This document shows positions 25,921 through 39,156 of a DNA stretch of 64,000 nucleotides, piece by piece. The DNA is from Entomortierella parvispora E1425 (Eukaryota > Fungi > Mortierellomycota): assembly GCA_020891255.1 (NCBI GenBank), contig BQFW01000007.1, positions 1,736,001 to 1,800,000 on the forward strand. The letters run 5' to 3'. Both the position numbers and the translations under genes were made by a program. How positions within the stretch are numbered: the first letter of the stretch is position 1; every line of letters begins with the position of its first letter. A model generated the notes under the pieces. The model worked only from the letters and a program-made list of their open reading frames with translations, made no database searches and was not told where the DNA came from.

Positions 25921-28208
25921 ATGGATAAGACCGTCGTCGATACGTACGACGAAAAGTTTGAGGCCGAAGCCTCAGTGGGCGCCCATCTGGGTGAAGAGGA
26001 GGACTCTCCCATTGAAGAGGTCCGGGTCACCGTCTCAAGTAAGCGTCCTACATTCATTAGAAAGTTGCCTTTCATGATTTATCAACCTTCCTAACTTCCA
26101 GTGCTTGCCCAATCGTAGATACGGACGACCCATCAATGCCCTGCAATACCTTCCGAATGTGGTCCCTTGGTCTTTTGTTTACAGCGGCCGTTAGTTTCGT
26201 GAACCAGTTCTTTTACCTTCGTCAGACCCAGATTTCAATCGGATATTCCGTCGTAGCCCTGATCTCTCTCCCTATCGGACACTTGATGGCCAGAGTTCTT
26301 CCTACCCGTCAAATGAACATTCTTGGCTGGAAGTTTTCTCTTAACCCTGGACCCTTCTCACTCAAGGAGCACATCTTGATCGGCACAATGGTCTCCTGTA
26401 ACACGAGTACAGCGTACGCTGTCGACATTGTCATCTTGCAACATGTGTATTATGGCGACAAGCAGCCCTTTATCGCTGGGTTGCTTTTGGTCTTGACGAC
26501 CCAGATCACTGGTTTTGCCCTCGCAGGTGCGATCCGTCGATTCTTGGTCCGTCCTGCCCACATGGTGTGGCCCGGAACTTTGGTCACAGCGTCGCTCTTC
26601 CGCTCTTTGCACGCACACGCTCAATCTGAGGAGGAGGATGCTGGGCGCATGTCGAGGATGAAGTACTTCATGATTGTCACGACCGGTTCATTCATTTACT
26701 ACTGGCTCCCAGGCCTGTTGTTCCCAACCATCGGTATGATCTCCTGGATCTGTTGGATCGCTCCCAACAACATTGTTCTTTCACAGCTCACTGGATCCAA
26801 TGGTCTCGGCATTGGCACCATTGCTTTGGATTGGGCCGCAGCATCGTACTATGTGAACCCCTTGGTCACTCCATGGTTCGCTCAAGTCAACATCATTATC
26901 GGCTTCATCTTGGTCACCTATATCATGGTCCCTTGGGCCTATTATACCAACCTGTGGAACTCCAAGAACTACCCAATCTTGTCAGCATCTCTCTTCCGTG
27001 AGGATGGTACACTCTACAACAAGACTTTGATTCTGACCGACAATGTGCTGGACGAGGCAAAGTACCTGGCGTATGGACCCATCCGCATGGATTCTTTCTT
27101 TGCTCTGACGTACGGAGTTGGATTCGCCGGATTGATGGCCACAGTGGTGCACGTAATTCTGTACCATGGGACTGAAATGGTGGCGCGCTGGAAGTCTGCC
27201 CGTGCCGAAAACGAAGATATTCACTCCCGTTTGATGCGCGTCTACCCCGAAGTTCCTGACTGGTGGTACCTGATCCTCTTTGGAATCACCGTTGCCCTGA
27301 GCTTGGTCACCTGTATCGTCTGGGATTTCATGCCCTGGTGGGCCGTCCTCCTGGCCCTGGTCATCGCCATGTTCTTCGTCTTGCCCGTTGGTATTGTCCA
27401 GGCCGTCACGAACCAACAGCCTGGTTTGAACATTGTGACAGAGTACGTGATTGGTTACCTCCTTCCTGGACATGCCATTGCCAACGTCACCTTCAAGACC
27501 TATGGTTACATTGTGAACGTTCAGGCCCTCACCTTTGTGTCGGATTTGAAGTTGGGTCATTACATGAAGATCCCTCCTAGAGTCATGTTCATGGCTCAGC
27601 TTACCTCCACCTTTATCAGTGGTCTCATTAATTTGTCCACAGCCATGTGGCTTGTCAACACTCGCCCGAACATCTGTACACCCAAGGGCTACCCCTTCAC
27701 CTGCCGTAATACCAACACCTTTTATTCGGCTTCGATTATTTGGGGAGCCATCGGCCCTGCCCGAGTCTTTGGTTCAAAGGATGGAGCTCTTTATTCCAAG
27801 GTCCAATGGGGATTCGTAGTCGGTGCTTTGTTGCCAATCCCCTTCTGGTACGCAGCCAAGAAGTTCCCTAACATCCCTTGGTTGAAGTACGTTCATTGGC
27901 CCGTCCTTCTCGCCGCAACGTCCAACATGCCCCCAGCCCTGCCTTACTTCTACTCAAACGGACTGTTTATTGGCTTCATCTTTGCGTTCCTTTTGAGACG
28001 CTACCGTTACAACTGGTGGGCCCGTTACAACTACTTGACCTCGGCCGCTTTGGATTCTGGCGTGGCCGTCTGTGGCCTGGTGATCTTCTTTGCGATCCAG
28101 TCCTGGGATGGAACGGCGCCAACATGGATTGGAAACCCAGCAGATAGCGTTTTTGATCATTGTCCCCTGGGCGGATCTGCCTACAACAAGATCCCAGCGG
28201 CAGCATAG
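25921..28208 (+). CDS. Oligopeptide transporter, OPT family, copy 1 (intron 26039-26118)
   Basis: SPIEEVR, NPGPFSLKEH, LRFLVRP-like RRFLVRPAHMVWP, YPEVPDWWY and KLGHYMKIPPR OPT motifs; many TM helices. Confidence 0.95.
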
Positions 28209-30099
28209 AACACTTTGACCCTACGAAGGTGCAAACAAAACCCCTTCCTGTAAAATAAAACATTAAGCATCCTTCCATACTTTACCCAGCCGACAACTAA
28301 ATAACGTATCTTTAGAATACCCGGATGCTTGATTGCTGGAAGAACAGACTAGAGCCTTGTCCTCCCTTTCTCTCTTCCCTCGGCCATTGGTTCATTGCAG
28401 AGCGGGCACGACTGTTGACCAGGACAATCGAAGCACAGAACAATAAAAAAAAGTTTCTCCACCCAACGTGGCCATGGTGTTTTGCTCGTGCAGTCGGATC
28501 CCTACCCATTCTTACGCTCAGGGGCACGAGAGGAAATGGAGAAATGGACCTTTCGGAGTTTTCCCGGGAAGCACCTTGTTTGCGGAGTGAATGAACATCC
28601 ATCTCTCTCATTGACCTATTTTGCCGACCAAAGCTTTGACAGGTCTTTTGCACAGATGGCCAGGAACTTGTCGAGAAGAATGGGCAAAACCAAAACAGGA
28701 CGGCGGAGAAGAAGGGGGTACAAAATATATTCCGCGTGTTTGAACTGCACCGTAGCCATGGATTCGAAGGATTCCTGGATTCGAGGGCTGGAACAACTTT
28801 GACGCCAATTGAAAAAAAAAAAAATATAAAAAATACAGGAACACTAAAAAGGTCGTAAGACGAGTAAGCGCGCAAAGAAGCCACGCGGACCGCGACCACA
28901 TAGTCTACATGAACGGATAGATGAACAGCAAGAGGGGAGGGAAAGGAACAGATCCTATTCGCTGGAGGTCTACAATGGCAACAAACTCTCTATCTTGGGC
29001 AACAGAACAGCAGTGTCCAGTTCAATCGTGGGACTGTTGTCTTTTATTGTAAGTTGGACTTCAACCCTGCTCTCTGTGAGAGTTCAAGAGGAACTACGGT
29101 AAGCACAAAACAAAATGAAAAAGGAAAAAACACAGTTCTTTGAGTTGGCTCACAACTCGAAAAACAGAGGTAGAATTGGGAAATCATTGTCCAGCTGTTG
29201 GAAGAGCAGGCTGGTCACCGAGGGTTTAGGCGACTGCGACTTCCATTGGTGGGACAATTTGCACCTTAGCGCATGCAATGGTGTTTCCATATCATGCTTC
29301 CAAAACCTGGCCGTTCCTGCACCAGATGTATAAGGAGATTAAACAACAACCTCAGAAACCCAGACCACGCCATAGCTAGCAGCCATTTTGCAGGCCTCTC
29401 CTGGATAACCTCCGGAAAGGAGTCTTCCTCTTTGCTATCTATTCTCCGGCATCAGTCATCGAAAGACGTTTGTGATAGGTGTTGAAGGATAGAGCTCCCT
29501 TTCTTGGTTCAAAAAGCTCACCCTTCCGTCTGCACTCTCGCTCTCATCAGAAGACAGGTGTTCCCTCCTTACTTCCGAGGGAAGCTCTTCCGTCCAATGT
29601 ATCATCGTCCTAGCCGCTTTGACAAAAACAAAACAAAAACAAACGATACACTTGTTCTCGCAAGCATGGGTACCTCATTCGCCGAACTAGACCCTGTCCT
29701 ATCTTTTGTGAATATGTTTTTTTCTTCGTCCGGAGCTCTTTGGGAACCCTCCTGATCAAAACTGTTTTTTTTCCTTGCCAGTCTAGTTCCACTGCAATGT
29801 TGCTTGGGCCCTGCTCGCTTGTGTGAAAACAGCATCCCACGGGTCAACAAAATCGAAGGCCTTCATTGGAAACCAAGAGTGGCGCGTTTTAATAATGTTG
29901 TTTCCGGTGAGAACCCTACTCAATTCACCCGTTGGCAGTGTTAAAGTGAGAATCCTTCAAAACCCAGGAAGGTCGATACATAAATACCTGCCTTGTCCCG
30001 AGTTTCTTTGTTGTTTTCTCTTTGTGAATACCTCTTCCACCTCTCCACCTCCCTCCCTAATCCTCCCCTTCCCTCATCACCATCCAGCCAACTCCCAGC

Positions 30100-32532
30100 A
30101 TGGATAAGGAAGAAATCGACGTCGAGAAGACGACCTATGCAGATGAAAAACTCGGTGATCACTTTGATCCCACCGAGCATCTCCAAGAAGATGATTCCCC
30201 CATTGAGGAAGTTCGCGTCACTCTCTCCAGTATGTATCCCTAGCCCCTGCGCAGCTCAATTCCACTCATTGTCCAAGTTACGCTCCTACCCCTGCTCCAG
30301 CTCTCCTGCACTTCTGTTCCTGTTCCTGTTCCTATTCCTATTCCTATTCCTGTGCCTGTTGCCGCTTACCGCACAGGATATCGACATCAATCTAACTATA
30401 CTAAACTTATTATATATTTAAAAAAAAAATAGACATGGATGACCCTCAGATGCCCTACAACACTTTCCGTATGTGGACCTTGGGTCTCTTCTGGACTTGC
30501 GTAATCTCGTTTGTCAATCAGTTCCTCTACCTGCGTCAGGCCAACATCCAGATCACCTACTCCGTCTGTGCCCTCTTGTCGCTTCCCATGGGTATCTTCA
30601 TGGCCAAGGTCCTGCCCACTCGTCAGTTCAACATTTTTGGCTACAAGTGCTCGCTCAACCCTGGTCCCTTCTCCATCAAGGAGCACTTCTTGATTGGAAC
30701 CATGGTCAACTGTAACACCTCCACTGCCTACGCCGTCGATATTGTCATTCTCCAGAAACTTTACTGCCATGACGACAAGCCTTTTGTTGCCGGTATGTTC
30801 TTGGTCTTGACTACCCAGGTTGCCGGATTTGCCTTGGCTGGTGCCATTCGCCGCTTCTTGGTCCGTCCCGCCCATTGGTCTGGCCCCAGAACTTGGTCAC
30901 AGCCTCTCTCTTCCGCTCGCTCCACGCCCAGCTCGGTGAGGATGACCACGGTCGTATGTCGCGTATGAGGTACTTCCTCTTGGTTGCTGGAGGAATGTTC
31001 TGCTACTACTGGTTGCCAGGTCTGATCTTCCCAACGATGGGTACCATTGCCTGGATCTGCTGGATTACACCCAACAACATTCCATTGGCTCAGATGACCG
31101 GCTCCAATGGTCTCGGTGTCGGTGTCATTGCCTTGGACTGGGCTGCTGCCTCTCTCATTATCGCACCCCTTGTCACCCCCTGGTTTGCTCAGGTCAACAT
31201 TTTGATCGGCTTTGTCCTCGTCACCTACATCATGGTGCCCTGGGCTTACTTCACAAACCTGTGGGACTCCAAGAACTACCCCATTCTTACTGCTGTTCTT
31301 TTCAAGGTTAACGGATCGGCCTACAACCAACCTATGGTCCTCAGAGACGATATTTTGGATGAGGAGGCTTACCTTAGTTACGGTCCTCTCCGCATGGACT
31401 CATTCTTTGCTCTGACCTACGGAGTTGGTTTCGCTGGTTTGACTGCCACTTTGGTCCATGTGATACTCCACAACGGTCCCGAGATTGTTGCCCGCTGGAA
31501 GTCTGCCCGTGCTGAGAACGAGGATATCCACTCCCGTTTGATGCGCGTCTACCCCGAGGTCCCTGACTGGTGGTATGGACTTTTGTTCGTCATTACCTTT
31601 GCTCTGTCCATGATCACTTGCGTTGTCTGGGACTACATGCCTTGGTGGTGTCTCATTATCGCGTTTATCATTGCGATCATTTTCATTCTCCCCGTCGGTA
31701 TTGTCCAGGCTGTCACCAACCAGCAGCCCGGTTTGAACATCATTACAGAATACGCTATCGGTTACATGCTCCCTGGACATGCCATCGCTAACGTCACATT
31801 CAAGACCTACGGCTACATCGTCAACGTCCAGGCCCTTCAGTTCGCATCCGACTTGAAGTTGGGTCACTACATGAAGATCCCCCCTCGCATCATGTTCATG
31901 GCTCAGTTGATCTCTGCCATTATCTCCTGCATCATCAACTTGGGTACCGCTGTCTGGTTGATCGACACCCAGCCCCATGTTTGCACACAGCAGGGATACC
32001 CCTTCACTTGCCGTAATACCAACACCTTCTACTCGGCCTCGGTCATTTGGGGTGCTATCGGTCCCGCTCGTGTCTCTGGTAGCAAGGATGGAGCCATCTA
32101 TGGCCCTGTCCAATGGGGTTTCCTTGCTGGAGTCTTGTTGCCTTTGGTCTTCTGGTTGGCTTCGCGCAAGTGGCCCAACGTTACTTGGTTGAAGTATGTC
32201 CACTGGCCCGTGCTTTTGGCTGCCACCTCCAACATGCCCCCATACCTTCCCTACATGTACTCCAACGGTCTCTTCCTTGGATTCATCTTTGCTTTCCTGT
32301 TACGAAGACACCGTTACAACTGGTGGTCCCGCTACAACTACCTCACCTCGGCCGCCTTGGATGCCGGTGTGGCCACTTCCGGTGTTGTGATCTTCTTTGC
32401 CATTCAAGTTTGGGGCGGCAACTTCCCTACCTGGTGGGGAAACCCATCAGGAATTAATCCTACAAACGCGGATGCGATGGTAAGTATTGAATGCTTGAAA
32501 AGATATGATAGAAATGAATGGAGAAGGATGCC

Positions 32533-32565
<33 letters not shown>

Positions 32566-32735
32566 GGATTACTTTTTTTGATAGGACCACTGCTACTATG
32601 GTCAGACCAACGGTATGATGTGGGGAAAAGAAGAAGACAAAAAAAGCTTGCCTTAGTTGTCATGAAGCGACGGTTTTTAACGCGTGTCCTACTTCCCCTC
32701 CCTTTCTCTTGTTCTCTCTAGGATTCGGCCAGTAG
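30100..32735 (+). pseudogene. OPT transporter copy 2 with a 1-nt deletion frameshift near 30875 (pseudogene or sequencing error); introns 30231-30432, 32480-32584, 32613-32721
   Basis: Reads GCC CAT TGG TCT where copy 3 reads GCT CAC ATG GTC TGG. The ORF track splits into 30435-30968 and 30875-32581, and together they cover a full OPT. Confidence 0.75.
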
Positions 32736-34421
32736 TTTCAGTCCAAGTCTTGTTTGCTCCATTTGCAACAAACATATTAAATGCATTATTGCGCTCTCAC
32801 CTTTGCCCCCCCCCCCCCCAGCTTGCCCTTGTCTCGGCTCACGCTCCGGAAGGGGGGGGGGGGGTTTGAGCATGTGCCACGGATGGGTGTCCGAAAAAAG
32901 AAAATCGGCCATCCTATTTGTCCAACTGGTTGAGGGCGAACGGTGGCACTATCCAATTGTTGTGTTTGCAGCAGGGGTAGGGCGTATGTCTGTTTGTAGC
33001 GAATGTGCTCCCATTTTGGAGGGGATGGGGGATGGGGGGAGCACAAGAGGAGGAGAACAGCAAGGAGAGCGAGAGAGCGTGAAAAGAGGATTGAGAGGTG
33101 CTGTGCCAAATGAAAGATTGTTTGTGCCGGGAAATGGAGGATGAGCGTCGGACAAGGAGTCCTGGGAAGAGAGTATAGAGATGTGATTGCGTTACTCGGG
33201 TCAGGCGATCTACGTTTTGTGTCTTTCCGAAAACCGAGGAATATGAGAATCGAGAAAAAAGTAAGGAAAGAGGCGTAAAAAGAGAGGGAGGAGAGAAGAT
33301 GGAAAGGACGCGCGCGCGAGGGTGGAGGATGTCTTTGATTTTATATCTCTTTGTCTTTTTGCCCCTCGACGTTCGATGTCAGCCTTGAACGACCTATTTT
33401 CACTCTCCTTTATCCTCTTATCGTGCCTCGCTCTCTTCATTTTCAGCGGTCCATCATCCGGGCCACACTGAAGCTGATCACAACTGTTCAGTTGGAGTCC
33501 AAATACGGTCGATTCGCCTCCAGCCGCCCTCGGATTCCATCTGATCATTACCAATTGAGTCCAGGTGTGCACGGTGGGTCGGGTCAATGGACTAAAAATG
33601 TCACTAAACGACGAGAATCTGTGCCATTGGACAGTCATTCTTGTATGGGAGAGGATCCATCCACACATATCGAAGGAAAGGTACACCAGGGCTAAGACAA
33701 CGAGTCCCATGAAGATACAACTGCGCTAGTCTCGGAGTAGCATCCGTGAGGCCGCCAGAGACTTCTTGAAGAGGAGCCTATTCAAGTTAACGGACGCAAA
33801 AGGAAATCTTGATGCACTCGACCTCCAACGGAACAAAATGAGTTGGCACCAGAGGGTTTATCCAGACAGGCAACGACGCAGTTTGAAAGTCCTCATCATA
33901 ATTCTAGAGGCGCACCAATGCTGGGCCTTCAACCCTTTTCATTCTTTAAAGGAAATACTGGCACGAGGATCCATGGCGGCGATTGAAATCCTGTTACTGT
34001 CGCCCTCACTTACACTTTTTTTTTTTGTTCAATCGATCGATGAATGGCGCAAAGTCAAACGGTCTGGCTGAGTTGAGTTCAGAACCCTTTCCCATCAGCA
34101 GGAGGGTCTTTTCCGAGACGTCAAAGGAAATGAACGAGAGTTGCGGCAATTTCCCGTGAAAACTTTGCAAATATGCCTCATCGTCTTTACCAGTTAAATT
34201 CCACTTTGAGAAAAGATGTCTGACTCTCGAAGCGGTTTTGTATGTATGTACATCCGCCTTGACCCCTGAGAGAACCATTGTTGCATGTCCATGTATCTCG
34301 TCTGTCGTTGTAGCTCTTTTTATTTGATGCCCCGCTCGCACGAAAGGATGGCATTTGCTACCATTAGAGCAGTGAAGGATGATGGGTTGCAATAATACGC
34401 TCAAAAAAAAGTGCGCATGCC

Positions 34422-34444
34422 ACCAAATGGACCAAATGGACCAA
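34422..34444. repeat. Short 9-bp tandem repeat (CCAAATGGA, about 2.5 copies)
   Basis: ccaaatggaccaaatggaccaaa read directly. Confidence 0.8.
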
Positions 34445-35037
34445 AAAGGTCCAACTGCACCCCTGCAAGTCCCAACCTTAACACAGCAGGAACGAGATCC
34501 TATTTGTTGCCACAGGCTCTAACGCCCATCCTTGCCAAGCCGGGTGAGTGGACAATTACAACCTAGACTGCAGTACTTTGAATCCCGTTCACAGGGATAA
34601 ACTGCTCCGACTGACGCCATGTGTCGCAAAGATACAACGGCCCTCCAGTCAAGAGCAGCGAATGGGATCGAATCCAGTCGCTTTTTCCCTTCACAAAGGA
34701 AGGAGCCAACGGCCATTGCGCAAATGATCACTCTATTGCTTGTTCTGAAGTAATATACCTCTCGCCCTCTGTTTCCCATGGAGACCCCCCACTAGACCAA
34801 GGACGCCGTCCCCCACGCAAATCAAGCGCTGCTTGCCGGATCTTATAAATACTGGTCCAGCCCCTCCCAACTTTTTGTTCGATTGTCACTTCTGATCAAT
34901 TCATCCCAGACCGTCTCCTTCTCCGCCTCCCCTCCCATCGTCCTCCCCCCTCCTCCCCCGTCACCTTCCTCACCCCTCGATTGCCCTCCTAACCTACATT
35001 AACTTCACAACCCTCCACCTGACTAATATCTTCCACC

Positions 35038-37460
35038 ATGTCCAAGGAGGAAGCTTACGTTACTGAAAAGTACGAGGACCAGGAGAAGACCTTCCAAGAT
35101 GTCGAGACCAACAACATCGAGCTCGATGAGCAAGATGACTCGCCCATCGAAGAGGTTCGCGTCACTGTCCCCAGTACGTATTTGATTGTTGCTGTAGCCG
35201 TTGTGAAGCAATTCATCGAGTCCCGTCTAATACGCCTCTCTTCCCTTCTCGTCCCTTTCAGACACCGATGATCCCCAGCTGCCCTACAACACTTTCCGTA
35301 TGTGGTTTTTGGGATTGCTCTTCACAGCCGCCATCTCGTTTGTGAACCAGTTCTTCTACTTGCGTCAAACCAACATTTCTATCGGTTACGCTGTTGTTGC
35401 TTTGGTTGCCCTTCCTTTGGGTCACATTATGGCCCGTGTTTTGCCCACTCGTCAGTTCAATATTTTCGGCTACAAGTGCTCGCTCAACCCTGGACCATTC
35501 TCCATCAAGGAGCATGTCCTCATTGGTACAATGGCCGCCTGTAACACCTCCACTGCCTACGCCGTCGATATTGTCATCATCCAAAAGATCTACTACCAAG
35601 ACCACAAGAACTTTGCCGCTTCTCTGTTCTTGGTTTTGACCACTCAAATCACCGGTTTCGCCTTGGCTGGTGGCATTCGTCGCTTCTTGGTTCGTCCCGC
35701 TCACATGGTCTGGCCCCAGACTTTGGTCACGGCCTCCCTCTTCCGTTCGCTCCACGCCGAGATGACTGAGGACGACAACGGTCGCATGTCGCGTATGAAG
35801 TACTACATGATCGTCACCGGTTGCATGTTCTGCTACTACTTTTTGCCAGGCTTGATCTTCCCAACGATTGGTTTTATTTCCTGGATCTGCTGGCTCGCTC
35901 CCAACAACAAGGTCCTCGCCCAGATCACAGGCTCCAATGGACTTGGTATCGGAACCCTCGCCTTCGATTGGTCTGCCTACACTTCTCTCATCGGTCCCCT
36001 TGTTACCCCCTGGTTTGCTCAGGTCAACATCATTATCGGTTTTGTCCTCGTCACCTACATCATGGTGCCTTGGGCTTACTACTCCAACCTATGGGACTCC
36101 AAGAACTTCCCTATTCTCACTGCAACCTTGTTCTTGAACAACGGAAGTGCCTACAATGTCTCCAAGGTCCTTAGCAGAGATGGCGGCGATTTGAGTGAAG
36201 CTGCCTACCAAGCTTATGGTCCTCTCCGCATGGACTCGTTCTTTGCTCTGACCTACGGAGTTGGTTTCGCTGGTTTGACTGCCACTTTGGTCCATGTGAT
36301 GCTCCACAACGGCCCCGAGATTGTTGCCCGCTGGAAGTCTGCCCGTGCCGAGAACGAGGATATCCACTCCCGTTTGATGCGCGTCTACCCCGAGGTCCCT
36401 GACTGGTGGTATGGACTTTTGTTCATCGTTACCTTCGCTTTGTCCATGGTGACTTGTGTTGTCTGGGACTACATGCCTTGGTGGGCCCTCCTTTTGGCTC
36501 TTTTCATTGCCATCTTCTTTGTTCTTCCTGTCGGTATTGTCCAGGCTGTCACCAACCAGCAGCCCGGTTTGAACATTGTGACAGAGTACATTATCGGTTA
36601 CGCTCTTCCTGGCCACCCCATCGCCAATGTCACTTTCAAGACCTACGGTTACATTGTTAACGTGCAGGCCTTGAACTTCGTCTCTGACTTGAAGTTGGGT
36701 CACTACATGAAGATCCCTCCTCGCATCATGTTCATGGCTCAGTTGATCTCTGCCATTATCTCTGCCATCGTCAACTTGGGCACTGCCCTTTGGTTGGTCA
36801 ACACTCAGCCCCATATTTGCAGCAAGGAGGGGTACCCCTTCACTTGCCGTAACACCAACACCTTCTACTCGGCCTCGGTCATTTGGGGTGCTATCGGTCC
36901 CGCTCGTGTCTTTGGTAGCAAGGATGGAGCCATCTATGGCTCTGTCCAGTGGGGTTTCGTTGTTGGAGCTCTGTTGCCTTTGGTCTTCTGGTTGGCTTCG
37001 CGCAAGTGGCCCAACGTTGCTTGGTTGAAGTATGTCCACTGGCCCGTGCTTTTGGCTGCCACCTCCAACATGCCCCCATACCTTCCCTACATGTACTCCA
37101 ACGGTCTCTTTGTCGGATTCGTCTTTGCCTTCTGGTTGAGACGTTACCGCTACGGATGGTGGTCCCGTTACAACTACCTTACCTCGGCCGCCTTGGACTC
37201 GGGTATCGCTGTTTCCGGTCTCGTCATCTTCTTTGCCATTCAAATTTGGGGTGGTGCGTTCCCTACCTGGTGGGGTAATCCTTCCCAGCTCACTCCAACC
37301 AACGCGGATGCTCTTGACCACTGCTACTATGGTCAGACCAACTGTAAGTTATTTTCACTGGGCCTTGTCAATGTTTTTTTTTCCTTTCTCAATGTTCTCT
37401 GTGATCGTAATTGCTAACACTTTCCTCTGTCTTCCTCTCTTTCTAGTCTATGGCGAATAA
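35038..37460 (+). CDS. Oligopeptide transporter, OPT family, copy 3 (introns 35174-35261 and 37344-37446)
   Basis: Same OPT motifs as copy 1 with an uninterrupted frame; last exon gives FYGE*. Confidence 0.94.
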
Positions 37461-39156
37461 ATATGTCCATACCCACCCACCCTTGGGAATCTATCCATTG
37501 TTGTCGATTTAGCATTCTAACGCTCCTGTAATAAAAAACAATTTAAAAAATACTTTTTCTTATGAACAATTGTTCTTGGCGCCAAGATGGGACCGAGGAT
37601 GTACAAAGGTGATAAAGCCCTGTTTTCTTAGCTCTACCCCTGCAGGGGAAGACAGCCGTAGGGCTCAGTTGCCCCTGCCAAGATGCTAGATCATTGCACC
37701 AAAGCCCAACGATAATTGTTGTGATACCGAGGAATGACAAAAAAACAACGAAAAAAAAAACAGGTTACACGTGACATCTTTTCTTCCCTGTGGCCAGCAG
37801 GGGAGATGTTTTGCCGACCAGCGTTTTTGGTTTTCCGCTGAGATCTCCTCTCGTTCGGATATTTGTTTCGTGGAATGAGCTTTGGGGTAGTCTGGTTGAT
37901 CCTTCTCCCTTGCCTGCTTGCCCTCAGACCGTTGACTTTCCTCATCTACAAAGAGATGTTTTGAGCGATGTGAGCTTGGAGAGGGCTATTAAAAGAGAGA
38001 CCTGCCAAGCTGTCCAGCAGTTGTGGGAAGGTTGCCAAGATGAACAATGAGCTGTGGCTTGAGGAAAATAGCCATTCTTGAAAGCAGTTGTATTTCGAGC
38101 GAGACGTGTGAGCAATGCGCAGTGAGAGGGAAGAAGAAGAAAAAAATGACAAACTGAGCGAGTGCATCAAGAAAGACCCTTGTGTAGGAAATTGCATGAC
38201 GAACAGCCCTGGACGAAGGGTGAAGTTCAGTCTTTCAATGCCTTCTGACAAGAGTGTTTGTTAATTGGTTTGGATGAGAATGTAGAAGAGGTACGTGCTA
38301 TGGCATCGCGAAGAAGATCATGCCCTTTCATCCCCTCTTACTCTCTCTTTCTGTCATCCTCCTCCAGTAACACGACCACAGTAAAAGAAAAATGACGATG
38401 CTGCACAGCTAGGAGAGACAGAAGAAGGATGCCGGAGCCATCGAGCTCTCTCCCATGTGCCAGTGCTGGAGCTGTAAAGACCTTCGTATTGTGTGCACCC
38501 GAGAGAAAGTATATGTGCACAATTGCCAAAGTCGGTCCGTCGGGATGGTCGGAGGAACGAAAGGGTTGCGTGTGGCCAACTCTATCGTAGAGGGATCCTT
38601 ATCCCGGTGCCTGAAAAGGATGGAGGTGCTGACTGAGCGACGGTCAGATCAGAATTCAATGACAACTTTTCGGTCTCAGAGGCGCCGCCACCGGGAATAC
38701 AGACATCCGCGAGGGTTTAGAGGCAAGCGGGGCGACAAGGTGGGAGCTTTGGGCGAACGAGCGATGAGAGGGAGTTTTTTAGAGTTGAGCACTGGGTGCA
38801 TTGAATCATCGCAAGGAACCGATTTGTCAACTCTCCTCCTCTTTTTTGCATTCATAAAAGGAGCATCCTGCTTGCGTCCCTCTCTCTTTTTTTTATATTT
38901 CCTTTCTCTCTTTCTCCATTACTACTGCTACTCGCTCATCCTCTATCTCTCCTTCTCTTTCCTTTTCTCTATCTCTCTCTCTCTCGCTCGCTCGCTTATC
39001 CTGTACTCTTTCTTGCGTTGACCCACTCCCTGTCATCTTGTCGAAGTTGTCCGTCTTTCACTTTCTCTCTCCCTCGAAAACGACCGTTTTGACAGGAAAA
39101 CAGATCGACACATTCACAGTATCACTCACTCACTACCCTTCACACACACAGGCACC

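Noticed and set aside
33351-34404. ORFs of 100-166 aa between OPT copies 2 and 3
   Set aside because: No recognisable domain, splice pattern or transposase/RT motif.
36089-37321. 410-aa minus-strand ORF (and similar ones at 31400-32203, 26982-27560, 9936-10262, 10512-10916)
   Set aside because: These are antisense shadows of strongly codon-biased OPT and RPS8 coding sequence, with no independent motifs.
28618-37820. Shared 12-mer TTTTGCCGACCA downstream of OPT copies 1 and 3 (near 28619 and 37809)
   Set aside because: The flanks do not align, and one 12-bp match is not enough to call a repeat or motif.
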